From NCBI GenBank assembly GCA_029882515.1, contig JAOUKN010000001.1:5298-69297 (forward strand): a stretch of 64,000 nt of DNA, written 5' to 3'. This stretch comes from Candidatus Bathyarchaeota archaeon (GTDB lineage Archaea > Thermoproteota > Bathyarchaeia > Bathyarchaeales > Bathyarchaeaceae). The position numbers were made by a program, and so were the translations under genes. This document shows positions 1 through 9,031 of this stretch, piece by piece. Every line of letters starts with the position of its first letter. Positions within the stretch are counted from its first letter, which is position 1. The notes beneath the pieces are model-generated. The model did no database searches, was not told where the DNA came from, and worked only from the letters and a program-made list of their open reading frames with translations.

Positions 1-237
1 AGTGTCCTGATGATTGCCAGCACGATCTCCCGAACAACCTACATCAACGGGATCGCTTTGTCGACTGATCTAACTCCATCGCTCGCTATGGGGCAAACGA
101 TGGATCACGTCGCTGCTGTCATCTTGCCATTAACCGGCGGAATACTTTGGGGAATCATTGGGTATGAAGCAACATTCTTTATCGGTATAGCAGTAGCAAC
201 ATGTCTGCTTTTGACTGCACAAAAAATCCAATTATGA
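1..237 (+). CDS. MFS transporter, C-terminal part (runs off the window start)
   Basis: Hydrophobic helices with the MFS-like terminal pattern 'GQTMDHVAAVILPLTGGILWGIIGYEATF'. Confidence 0.65.
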   Translation, partial: SVLMIASTISRTTYINGIALSTDLTPSLAMGQTMDHVAAVILPLTGGILWGIIGYEATFFIGIAVATCLLLTAQKIQL

Positions 238-248
238 TGTTAGGCGCG

Positions 249-401
249 AATAATCAGATAGAAGTCCACGATGTGATATTTGGCGATTGTGGAAATGATG
301 AATGGTTCTGCATAGTGGTTGGTTCACCTGATGCTGAAAACCTGATTGAAGCTGGCTTTGAGTTCGTTGATGAAATAAATGATAAGCACTTGTTCCCGTT
401 T
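249..401 (+). pseudogene. 3'-end remnant of a tyrosine recombinase/integrase
   Basis: Translates as ...NDEWFCIVVGSPDAENLIEAGFEFVDEINDKHLF, resembling the '...LIEAGFEYVxExDGxKLFRKRK' tail I recall from bathyarchaeial site-specific integrases; homologous to 2522..2620. Confidence 0.55.
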
Positions 402-428
402 GCGCGCGCCGTGTATGTGCGAATGGTA

Positions 429-881
429 CTATTCGGTTTCTTTAACCTTCGGAAATCTTGTCAAAATTTTCTGAATGAATTTATCTTCGAAGTCCCATGC
501 TTCGAGTATGTCTGTTACTTCCTCCATGAGTTCTTCTTTTGTGTATTTCTCCAGTTTCCCAGTTAATTCGTCGAGCGCAAGTCCACAGGCGTACAAATGA
601 ATTCCTTTCTCGCTGGGGGAGATTACAACGTGTATCCCTGATCTTTGGGCTGCTCGGACGTACTTGTCTAGCCCTAGGGGAGACAGCAATGCCTTGGTCA
701 TCAAGGGCACAAGTGCACCTTCTCCTGCAAAAACTGTTGTCTGCCCTTCTTTGGTCGACTCTTCTTTCGTGATTTTTAAGCCCATGCCCTTCAGAACTTC
801 GTGGCAAACTTTAACCACTTCATCAACAGTCGCATTACTAATGAGCAACTTTTTCTCAAAGCAAACAGACATCAATGACAC
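429..881 (-). CDS. hypothetical protein
   Basis: 150-aa ORF with protein-like composition, bracketed by CG tracts. Confidence 0.7.
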   Translation of the reverse strand: MSLMSVCFEKKLLISNATVDEVVKVCHEVLKGMGLKITKEESTKEGQTTVFAGEGALVPLMTKALLSPLGLDKYVRAAQRSGIHVVISPSEKGIHLYACGLALDELTGKLEKYTKEELMEEVTDILEAWDFEDKFIQKILTRFPKVKETE

Positions 882-932
882 CGTATTCCTTTCAATTCTT
901 CCAGCTTATTTATCTTTTCTAGTGAGTTAACT

Positions 933-966
933 GCACGCGCTGGCAAGTCTGCGGGCATGCGCGTGC
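933..966. repeat. inverted repeat GCACGCGC...GCGCGTGC (hairpin of alternating purine/pyrimidine tracts)
   Basis: 933-940 is the reverse complement of 959-966. Confidence 0.8.
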
Positions 967-1013
967 TGCAAACATTTCCTCGAGAAAACACTACTATGAC
1001 TAGGCGTGCTCGT

Positions 1014-2096
1014 TCACTTCTTAAGCTTGGCCAGATAGAAATACCGTACTTGTCTTCCGTTTTCTATTTTCTCCAGCGTCCGCTTGGCATCCTGTGCTCT
1101 GTCTTCATAGATGTCGGCGTTGCCTTCTTTGGCGAAGAGTTCTTTCAGTTCTTCAGCGGCTTCTATTTCACGGATCCATATCCCTCTGCTGCTGGCCGTG
1201 TAGTCAACTGTCTCATAAGCTAAACCATTGTTACTCAGAGCTGCGCCGACTTTCGAGCTTTGCGGAAGTAGAACATCCCGAGACTCATCAGGGTCGCAGC
1301 TCTGGCCATAGAAGATGGCCAATCTGCCGTTTATTGGTTTCAGAAGGCTCCTCAGTTTCTCTATTGTCGCATCGATGTTCTCAACGAAGTACAGTGTGTC
1401 TATCGAAATTATGGCGTCGAAACTCTGCTCTTGAAATGACAAATCGTCCATGTCGCCCACCACATAGGTTAAGCGGTCTTTCTTGTCGACTGTTCGCTGC
1501 TGTGCTCTCTTGATCACTTCAGGGGCAAAGTCAAGTCCGACCATTTTGGCACCTGTGAGGTCGGATATGTATTCGGTTATTCTTCCGTTCCCGCATCCCA
1601 AATCCAGAGCAACTTCACTGGGCTTCAGTTCCAACTTTTCTATCAAAGTGTTCAGCTGCTCCATGTCGAGCACGTTGTATTGGGATAGGTCTTTGCCGAA
1701 GACACGCTGGCAGAACATTGAATACGCTTTGCTGGTCTCGGTTCTTGACAAAAGATTGTCGTAGCCTTTGCTCATCCTTTCCTTCCTGCATTTTCTGCCG
1801 AGTTTCTTCCCGACATCCGACAGGAAGTAGCAGTCTGCCCTTTTCATGACCAATCCTATCTTCAGCAATTGCCGTAGAGAAGTGGCCGTTTTCTTGGCTT
1901 CTAGCGTTGCGCCGTCACTCAGGAATGATTTTATGCCCTCGACAGTGGGTCTGACTCGTCTGCCGTCAGGGAAAACGTACTCGCCTGAGGCTTCCAATCT
2001 GCGACTACTTTCGAACGCTGACAACACCGCCAAAACTTTCTTCTCCAAGTCTGGCATATCAGAAAAGGAATCTACAGTTGCTGTGTTTTCCGGCAT
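1014..2096 (-). CDS. class I SAM-dependent methyltransferase with N-terminal winged-helix-like extension
   Basis: Motif I 'ALDLGCGNG', 'VGLDFAP', 'SFDAIISIDTLYF'; N-terminal 'LRQLLKIGLV...YFLSDVGKKL' wing pattern. Confidence 0.85.
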   Translation of the reverse strand: MPENTATVDSFSDMPDLEKKVLAVLSAFESSRRLEASGEYVFPDGRRVRPTVEGIKSFLSDGATLEAKKTATSLRQLLKIGLVMKRADCYFLSDVGKKLGRKCRKERMSKGYDNLLSRTETSKAYSMFCQRVFGKDLSQYNVLDMEQLNTLIEKLELKPSEVALDLGCGNGRITEYISDLTGAKMVGLDFAPEVIKRAQQRTVDKKDRLTYVVGDMDDLSFQEQSFDAIISIDTLYFVENIDATIEKLRSLLKPINGRLAIFYGQSCDPDESRDVLLPQSSKVGAALSNNGLAYETVDYTASSRGIWIREIEAAEELKELFAKEGNADIYEDRAQDAKRTLEKIENGRQVRYFYLAKLKK

Positions 2097-2222
2097 AAGC
2101 AGACGCTCTACGCAAAATTACATAATCGATCAAATAAGTTTGCCGAATCGTCTTTCACGGACACGCCTATTTTCAAAGCCCCCAATGCGCGCGCGATTAT
2201 GCCTGCACACGTAAGGCTTAAG

Positions 2223-2238
2223 TATGACGTACGTCATA
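2223..2238. promoter_or_regulatory. perfect palindrome TATGACGTACGTCATA, candidate operator
   Basis: 16-bp palindrome next to TATA-like CTTAAGTA; same ATGAC-N4-GTCAT core as the sites at 40616-40760. Confidence 0.6.
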
Positions 2239-2289
2239 ATTTATCTCTTGGATCGTTTTCCGAGACTGTTAAGGAGACATGCAGGCACG

Positions 2290-2412
2290 ATGTTGAAGAA
2301 TGAGGAAACTGAGAAACCGAGATATGTTGCAGCTGTTGGATTGCTGATTTTCTATGGTCTTTTGGCCTTTTCCATGATCTATGTAGTACTAAGAATTTCA
2401 GGGATATCATAA
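2290..2412 (+). CDS. small single-pass membrane protein (40 aa)
   Basis: MLKNEETEKPRYVAAVGLLIFYGLLAFSMIYVVLRISGIS; downstream of TATA-like box and palindrome. Confidence 0.5.
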   Translation: MLKNEETEKPRYVAAVGLLIFYGLLAFSMIYVVLRISGIS

Positions 2413-2521
2413 ATACACGTATGCGTTTTGTGACCGTTGTTGTTTTTTGTAAGGCATGTTTCTGAGTTTTTGCTATGTTGAAACCGTATGCTCTTAATAT
2501 AGGGAACACGCGCGCGTATGA

Positions 2522-2620
2522 ATAGCCACCAAACTAGATGAAATTAAGGAGTTCCTTGAAGCTGGCTTTGATTTCGTCTGTCAAAAAGACGACCTAACGT
2601 ACTTCAGAAAACGCAAATAA
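2522..2620 (+). pseudogene. 3'-end remnant of a tyrosine recombinase/integrase
   Basis: Reads IATKLDEIKEFLEAGFDFVCQKDDLTYFRKRK* with no start codon, directly after the CG tract at 2509-2516 and an in-frame TGA. Confidence 0.65.
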
Positions 2621-2642
2621 TATTCGTAGTATACTGGAAAAA

Positions 2643-4343
2643 CTATGGGTATCTGGCCTTTTTCTCGAATTGCTGCTCATAAATCTCTTTGACTTTTTGG
2701 ATGGTGTCAGCTTCCGCTGGGCTCTTATCGTCGCGAATCCGTGTAATTCTGGCAAATCGCAGTGCCATTCCACACTTGTATTTCGGACTTTTTTGTATCT
2801 CGTTGTAAGCTACTTCCACCACAATTTTGGGAACCACAACAACTCGTCCATGCTCTTCTTTCACAGCCGATTCCTTGAGTCGTTTTGTCATGCCAATAAT
2901 CTCAGTATCAGTCAACCCCTTGAACGTCTTCCCAACCATCAGCAACTCCCCACTCTCTGAGTCCCTAGCCGCTAGATAATAATCGGAAAGCCAGCCATGT
3001 CGTCTCCCATACCCCCATTCGGCGGCCACAACCACCAAGTCTAACGGCTCCAAGGTTCTCTTGATCTTGAACCAACGTTTTCCCCTAACTCCCGGAGTGT
3101 AACGGCTGTCCAATTTTTTCGCCATCAGCCCTTCATGTCCTCGACTCATGGCTTCTCTGAGAAACCGTTCAGCCTCTGCACGGTCATTAGTTATCACTTG
3201 CTTGGTTAAGGAAATATCTCCGCTGATTGCTTTCAATTTTCTTCGGCGTTCTACGTAAGGATCGGTGATTAAACTCGCTTCGTCAAGATAGAGCAGATCA
3301 AAGAGGTAAAGTTGAATCGGAATTTGCTTGGTCATTTCCTCAATATTGTGGACTCTTCGGAATCGTCGCATTAAATGCTGGAACAGCATGGGACTTCCAT
3401 CCTTCCCGACCGCTATAACCTCACCCTCCAGTATGGCTTCACGCGCCCCTATCTGATCACGCACCAACTGAACAACCTCAGGCAAGCTCTCGGTCACATC
3501 TGTCAATCTGCGACTGTACACCTTCACTTTGTCACCTGATTTGTGAATTTGAATCCGCGCGCCATCGAGCTTGTCCTCAAAAGCTGATTCCCCTCCATGC
3601 CCTCTTAAAGCCTCATCTACATCTGCCGCCATCTGAGCCATCATCGGTCTAATAGGTCGAAAAAGCTGGAATCGGATACTCAAAACGCCTTCCTTCCCCT
3701 GCACTTTCGCTATTGCCGCAACTTCGCTAACATCACCAGCCAGCATACTAGCCCTTTGCACAACGTCCAATGGAATTTGAAAAGCTTCAGAGACGGCGAG
3801 TTCCATCATGCCCTCAAAAAATCCTGTCCGCATCTCACCAATCAAAATCTTGACAAGGTACTTCGCTTCCAATGAAGTAGCTACCCCTAACAGAGTTTCC
3901 AGCAGACGTTCTTTCCGTTCTCGAGAACCAGACCCTGTCGTCTCAGCAATGACCGCTAATCTCCGCCTCACCTCCAGAATAGTCAAGGCCTTTTCAAAGA
4001 GCGTAACCTGTTTTCGAATTTTCCCTCCCTTCTCCAAAATGATCTTCGTTGCCGCCCCAACGTCACCCGTATGACTGAACGCTTCTCTAAACTCCTTCCA
4101 GTCAACATTCGCCAACCGTTTGATCACACCGCGTAAGGTCGCCCAACTCACTTCCAGTGTTCTTTGATCCCATTTTGGGAATGCGCGGCCAAGAATCATA
4201 GAGGTTGCAGGTTCCACCTCGTCGGCCTGTACTTTTTTCAGAAAGTCCGCCACTAAGTCTCTCATTAGCAGACGTTTTGATGTGCCTTCTAGTTTTTCGC
4301 AAAGTTCAGCTAGCGTTCGGAACTCTGTTGGCATAGTTGACAC
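2643..4343 (-). CDS. lig: ATP-dependent DNA ligase
   Basis: Motif I 'EDKLDGARIQIH', 'EGLMAK', 'LDLVVVAAEWGYGRR', 'ALRFARITRIRDDK'. Confidence 0.97.
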   Translation of the reverse strand: MSTMPTEFRTLAELCEKLEGTSKRLLMRDLVADFLKKVQADEVEPATSMILGRAFPKWDQRTLEVSWATLRGVIKRLANVDWKEFREAFSHTGDVGAATKIILEKGGKIRKQVTLFEKALTILEVRRRLAVIAETTGSGSRERKERLLETLLGVATSLEAKYLVKILIGEMRTGFFEGMMELAVSEAFQIPLDVVQRASMLAGDVSEVAAIAKVQGKEGVLSIRFQLFRPIRPMMAQMAADVDEALRGHGGESAFEDKLDGARIQIHKSGDKVKVYSRRLTDVTESLPEVVQLVRDQIGAREAILEGEVIAVGKDGSPMLFQHLMRRFRRVHNIEEMTKQIPIQLYLFDLLYLDEASLITDPYVERRRKLKAISGDISLTKQVITNDRAEAERFLREAMSRGHEGLMAKKLDSRYTPGVRGKRWFKIKRTLEPLDLVVVAAEWGYGRRHGWLSDYYLAARDSESGELLMVGKTFKGLTDTEIIGMTKRLKESAVKEEHGRVVVVPKIVVEVAYNEIQKSPKYKCGMALRFARITRIRDDKSPAEADTIQKVKEIYEQQFEKKARYP

Positions 4344-4408
4344 TGTCTGGTTGGGAATTTATACAAATTTCCCTTTTCTATGCCTGTTATTCTGGTAAAA
4401 TGAGTGTG

Positions 4409-5047
4409 CTACTTTCCGAAGAACGTTTTTGCCCTGATCAAGTCTTTCATAGTGTTGATAGTTAGCCACATACCATCGTATACGTATCCTAGAAGTATTC
4501 TCTTATCGGCTAATATCTGCATCGTTGAAAATTCAAAGTCCCCTTCGTCTGGGAAGTGTCTCTCCACAATTTTCCTTTTGAAAACGTGGTGCCCCGCACT
4601 GACATAGAACTCTAGCGTTGGATTCCTTTCAAATCGAATCACATTTCTGTCATTTTGAAGAGTAACCTTTCCAAAGGGCAATATTGGCTTGGCGAGCAAC
4701 ACCGCTGCTCCCTTGCCGGCATAGTCAAAAAGTTCTTTTGGATTATAAAATACAAGATCGTCTACATTCATGACGTACGCGATGTTTCCTTTAATCTTTT
4801 GAAATGCTCTCTTGGTTGCTCCTCCCGTTCCTAGCTTGTTCGTCTCGACTGAGTATTCTACGTCAAGGGTTGTGAGTCCATCTTTGTCTGATGCTACAAT
4901 GATGTTTTGGAATCCACGGGTTTTAAGCCATGATATCTGTTTGTCCAACAAGGTTTCCTTATTAATCTTCAATAGAGGTTTCGGTGTCCATGTTTCTGGT
5001 TTGAGTCTCCACCCTTCGCCACCAGCCAGGATTATTGCCTCATTCAT
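4409..5047 (-). CDS. NDP-sugar nucleotidyltransferase family protein
   Basis: 'AIILAGGEGWRLKP...PKPLL', 'LGTGGA'; start moved to MNEAII. Confidence 0.9.
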   Translation of the reverse strand: MNEAIILAGGEGWRLKPETWTPKPLLKINKETLLDKQISWLKTRGFQNIIVASDKDGLTTLDVEYSVETNKLGTGGATKRAFQKIKGNIAYVMNVDDLVFYNPKELFDYAGKGAAVLLAKPILPFGKVTLQNDRNVIRFERNPTLEFYVSAGHHVFKRKIVERHFPDEGDFEFSTMQILADKRILLGYVYDGMWLTINTMKDLIRAKTFFGK

Positions 5048-5200
5048 TCGTATCACCATCACACCGTTGAGTTTTTGACGCGATGTTTGCGAGTAGACCC
5101 TATTGCCATTTCCTTTATAAGAATTTAGCTTGAGGAGGCGGTGATATCTCCTGCAATCCGAAATCTTACTTCCGATTTCTACTTTCTCCAAGAAACACAA

Positions 5201-5212
5201 AGGGCGCGCGTA
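5201..5212 (+). repeat. 12-bp direct repeat AGGGCGCGCGTA, copy 1 (copy 2 at 13351-13362)
   Basis: Exact match between the two positions. Confidence 0.8.
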
Positions 5213-5247
5213 GTTATAGCCAAAATAGCCAGTAAGTTAGTTGACTT

Positions 5248-5865
5248 CTAGATCCATTTAATCGTGGGTTTGACGTAACTTTTATGTTGATCCATCCAGC
5301 GCTTTTCAGGGGCGTCCTTTGGATAGCCAAGCAGGATAGGCCCGTATATTCGTTCACCATCCGTTAGCTCAAGGGCTTGTACGATATCAGCATGGCCTTT
5401 GACCATTGCACCGAATCCTGTATAACAGCTGCCAAGACCGAGAGCGCATGCGGCAAGCATGATGTTCTCGCAGGCAAGCGCGCAACTCACTGCATTACTA
5501 ATTGGGCCTATGATAAAGAGGATGACAGGTGCACCATGGTAAATCATGTCTTTGGGTTCGGGCATCGCCTCATAGAGCTTCATTGCTTTCTCGTAGATTT
5601 CAGGGTCCGTCTCCTTCATGCTTTCAGTCATCTTTTTCCAGATCGGAAGCGCGGTCTGCAAGAGTTTTTGCTTGAACTCTGGGTCCTCAACAACTACAAA
5701 CCGCCACGGCTGAAAACGAAGGACTCCTTTCACCATGCCCATGGTTGAAGGGGCCTGATTGCCAGCCTCGATGATCGTATTGATGACATCCCTCGGAATT
5801 GGTTTAGGCTCATAAGACCTGACCGATCGTCGCTTATGCATAGCTTCAATTACTGGGTTCATCAT
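5248..5865 (-). CDS. nitroreductase family protein
   Basis: 'KRRSVRSY', 'AGNQAPS', 'QPWRFVVV', 'ENIMLAACALGLGSC'. Confidence 0.93.
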   Translation of the reverse strand: MMNPVIEAMHKRRSVRSYEPKPIPRDVINTIIEAGNQAPSTMGMVKGVLRFQPWRFVVVEDPEFKQKLLQTALPIWKKMTESMKETDPEIYEKAMKLYEAMPEPKDMIYHGAPVILFIIGPISNAVSCALACENIMLAACALGLGSCYTGFGAMVKGHADIVQALELTDGERIYGPILLGYPKDAPEKRWMDQHKSYVKPTIKWI

Positions 5866-5909
5866 TAACTTCACTGTCAGGAGGCTAAGACCGGATAGCA
5901 ATAAAAGCG

Positions 5910-5945
5910 TTCTGATCCGTATTTTGTGCATACAATCGCTTTCAT
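5910..5945 (-). pseudogene. 5' stub of an MDR-family NAD(P)-dependent alcohol dehydrogenase/quinone reductase
   Basis: RBS-like AAGGAAGGA then MKAIVCTKYGSE, matching the common MKAIVYxKYGSPDVL N-terminus. Confidence 0.5.
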
Positions 5946-6130
5946 TTGGACATCCTTCCTTATTTTTGGATGTGCGCGCGCGACATCGATGTCCCTAAAT
6001 ACTCTAGAGACTGTGATCTTAACTGCTCCAATGTTCCAAAGTAGATTGTCCGAGACTCTTTGCAGATGATGCATGCACGCATGATTTATATGTTTAAGTA
6101 ACAATTGCTGTAAATAAAGGGAAAAATGCT

Positions 6131-7213
6131 TTGAATATATTTTTACTAATTATTGTATCTATAACAGGATTTTTTTTGCTTCTCTATATCGGGTTATTAC
6201 TGTATAAGAACTATTTGAGAAATTCGACTAGAATAGAGACATCTAATGGCATAAGTTCATTGGAGGAGATTACCCTTGGTGATTTAAAACAATGGATATT
6301 TATCAGAAGTACAGATCAAAATAATCCAGTTTTGTTATTTTTGCATGGTGGTCCTGGTGCGCCTTTGTTGGGGATGTCAAGTTCGCGTAAATATGATGCT
6401 GAGTTAATTAAGCATTTTACAGTAGTTCATTGGGATCAACGAGGGGCGGGTAAATCATTTAGTGATGATATTCCAATTGATTCAATGACTTTGGATAGAT
6501 TTGTTGAGGACTGTAATGAGTTAATAGATTATTTACGAAATAGATTTCTCACTCAAAAAATCTTTTTAGTTGCTCATTCAGGGGGCACGGTAATTGGAAT
6601 TAAAACTGCACAAAGATATCCGGAGAAAATTCATGCTTATGTTGGAGTGGCGCAAGTTATAAACGAATATGAACAACAAAAAGTTTCATACAAGTTTATA
6701 GTTGAAAAAGCTGAAAAATCTGAAGATTCAGGAAGACAAAATGCTATAAAAGCAATAGGACCACCACCTTATGAATCACCGAAAAAATTCTTAAAAATGT
6801 CTGGGTATGTTGCTAAATATGGAGGACTCTTGCATAGTAAGTCTATGATGGATATGATAATTATAGCGTTAGACTTCTTAACTTCGCCTGAATATTCATT
6901 ATTAGAAGGAATTAGAACATTCAGAAATAAAGGATTTGATTTTACTATTAATGCAATGTGGGAGGAATTGAAAAATGTCAATCTTACAAAAGAAATTCAA
7001 TCTATTAAAGTCCCCATATACTTCTTTGAAGGAAAATACGATGTGGCTACTCCCACAGTTGTTGTTGAGAAATTTTATGACAATTTAGATGCTGAAAAAG
7101 GTAAAAAGCTATTCATTTTTGAAAATTCAGGGCATATGCCAATGATGGAAGAAAAAGAGAGATACGAGGAATTATTGATAAATGTTGTTTTGAAAGATAA
7201 TCTGAATAAATAA
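6131..7213 (+). CDS. alpha/beta hydrolase (proline iminopeptidase-like) with N-terminal membrane anchor
   Basis: 'LFLHGGPG', 'HWDQRGAGKS', 'AHSGG', 'GKYD', 'SGHMP'; visibly AT-richer than flanks. Confidence 0.92.
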   Translation: MNIFLLIIVSITGFFLLLYIGLLLYKNYLRNSTRIETSNGISSLEEITLGDLKQWIFIRSTDQNNPVLLFLHGGPGAPLLGMSSSRKYDAELIKHFTVVHWDQRGAGKSFSDDIPIDSMTLDRFVEDCNELIDYLRNRFLTQKIFLVAHSGGTVIGIKTAQRYPEKIHAYVGVAQVINEYEQQKVSYKFIVEKAEKSEDSGRQNAIKAIGPPPYESPKKFLKMSGYVAKYGGLLHSKSMMDMIIIALDFLTSPEYSLLEGIRTFRNKGFDFTINAMWEELKNVNLTKEIQSIKVPIYFFEGKYDVATPTVVVEKFYDNLDAEKGKKLFIFENSGHMPMMEEKERYEELLINVVLKDNLNK

Positions 7214-7224
7214 TAAACTCAAAA

Positions 7225-7256
7225 ATGAAAGCGATTAATTATGACAAATAGGATCA
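7225..7256 (+). pseudogene. second 5' stub of an MDR-family dehydrogenase
   Basis: ATGAAAGCGATTAATTATGACAAATAGGATCA; first 12 nt identical to the stub at 5945 (minus strand). Confidence 0.4.
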
Positions 7257-7370
7257 CATAGACCGGCATGATCAATTTGCTAGAAGAAGTAGATTCTGTC
7301 CAAATTGTAGAAGGATGAAGAGCGCTTTAGATGAGGCATTTGAAAGGAAACGCTAACACCTGAAAGAAGA

Positions 7371-7498
7371 ATTCCAAGAATAAAAGTTGGAAAAAGACGA
7401 ACTCTTGAAGCGTTGATTAATGAAGAAGTTTTATTGCTGGCAAAATATCAAGAGATGAGTGTGATAAATGGGCTTTCAGAATTGTGAACATTGACTAG
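7371..7498 (+). pseudogene. 3'-end remnant resembling bathyarchaeial solo Cas1-like endonuclease
   Basis: IPRIKVGKRRTLEALINEEVLLLAKY then, after a 1-bp frameshift, RDECDKWAFRIVNID*; identity based on recall of the C-terminus of these proteins. Confidence 0.5.
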
Positions 7499-7518
7499 AT
7501 ATCCGTTAACCTTCCTGA

Positions 7519-7884
7519 TTAGACCCAGTTCCATGCATACCAAACAGTCAGTACATTAAACCCAAGTCCTACAATTATCAAAAATTTGTCATAAGCTCCA
7601 GGGTAACCAGGCAATCCAATGAGATTAAAACCAAGCAAGAATATGGCTACAATGATGTTTACCCAGCGAATCAAAGGATAGGTCAACGTTAGGGACAAGA
7701 AAAGCATCACAATCGGAATCAGCATTAATATTGCCATTAACATCAACATTGTCTGCGTCAGTTGCTTACCTCCCACTTGCCCCGCTGTAAAGTCACCGGC
7801 AAATATTCGCAGCACATCCCCCAAAAGATAAACTAACATTAAAGCTACCCACAATCCTGAAAGGATTATTCTCACATCGTCCAT
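7519..7884 (-). CDS. DUF6326-like membrane protein
   Basis: 'IILSGLWVALMLVYLLGDVLRIF', four hydrophobic segments ending 'VWYAWNW'. Confidence 0.75.
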   Translation of the reverse strand: MDDVRIILSGLWVALMLVYLLGDVLRIFAGDFTAGQVGGKQLTQTMLMLMAILMLIPIVMLFLSLTLTYPLIRWVNIIVAIFLLGFNLIGLPGYPGAYDKFLIIVGLGFNVLTVWYAWNWV

Positions 7885-8138
7885 AATTCAATCACATCCG
7901 TTGGACAATTGTCCTTGCTTAATATTTCAGGTTTGGGTTTGGGGGTTAAGATTTAATCCAACCAACCAACCAAGGCACGGCTAACAGCTAAGCCAATCAC
8001 AGGCTAATAAACGACTGGCATGTCAACCTGTTTCTCCTGAACCACATACCACATAATAACCTTTGGTTAGCGCCTGAAAATTGAGATTTGGAATGGGAAA
8101 CTTGAGAGTAAGTATTTCCTTATTAACGCGCGCGCTTC

Positions 8139-8927
8139 TTACTGTGGACCTATTGTGGAGCCACCAGATGTATTGACATCGATCGTGGTGGGGTTCCCTG
8201 TGTATTTGAGGTGTGAGCCTCCGCTTACGTCACCATCTAATCTGCCATCAAGGTTTACTGTTGCGTGGCTTCCACCACCTAGGTTGACAGTGGTATCATG
8301 AACAGGGAAATCCGAGAGGTCCAAGTGGCTTCCGCCAGAAGCGCTGATGGTCAGGTCATTGGCTGCACCGTCCAGTCCAATCAAATGACTTCCTCCAGAC
8401 AGGGTAAATTGGGCATCTTCACTGGTCGTAAAGTCGCCACTGAGATAGCTACCTCCCGATAAGTCGACAGCATATTCATGCGAAGAGGTAAATCCTTCAA
8501 CGGTACCGTGTGTTCCTCCTGAAAGCTTCAACTCGTAAAGGTCAGGCATTGTGATTTCGGCTCTCAAGATTACATCTTGATAACTATAGCCCCATTTGAG
8601 ACCGATTGTCAGGGTATCTCCAGTCTGAGAAACCTCGATATAACCGAACATATTGTCGTCTGCCATTATGTTGATGCTATATGAATCTGCTTGGCCAATA
8701 TCAACCTCAAAACCCCATCCCACTTCAACAATCGTGAAATCAGTGAAGTCCTTCTCTTCGGTATCTAATGTTCCAGAACCGGCTACATGACCGAATGGTT
8801 TCCAAAATCCAAGTAAGACTGCCGATATCACTACGGCCACTACAGACCCTACTACAATAATGATTATCAAAGCAATGACCAGAGTGCTTATGGCATGCGT
8901 GTTTGTTTTCAACTGCTTTCTACTCAT
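8139..8927 (-). CDS. head GIN / DUF2807 beta-helix domain protein, membrane anchored
   Basis: 'GSGTLDTEEKDFTDFTIVEV', repeated 'LSGGSH' motifs, 'YTGNP'. Confidence 0.85.
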   Translation of the reverse strand: MSRKQLKTNTHAISTLVIALIIIIVVGSVVAVVISAVLLGFWKPFGHVAGSGTLDTEEKDFTDFTIVEVGWGFEVDIGQADSYSINIMADDNMFGYIEVSQTGDTLTIGLKWGYSYQDVILRAEITMPDLYELKLSGGTHGTVEGFTSSHEYAVDLSGGSYLSGDFTTSEDAQFTLSGGSHLIGLDGAANDLTISASGGSHLDLSDFPVHDTTVNLGGGSHATVNLDGRLDGDVSGGSHLKYTGNPTTIDVNTSGGSTIGPQ

Positions 8928-9031
8928 CCTACATCACGCATTACGTATCCTGTTACAGTTTTTATGACTTGTGCAAGAATCTAAAAAGATCAGATTAAGT
9001 GTCCATTCTCAGTATTCTTCATTGCACGCGC

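Noticed and set aside
7979..8072. GGCTAAC...GTTAGCG as an integron attC site
   Set aside because: End boxes fit RYYYAAC/GTTRRRY poorly, the interior shows no convincing pairing, and no similar sites follow neighbouring genes.
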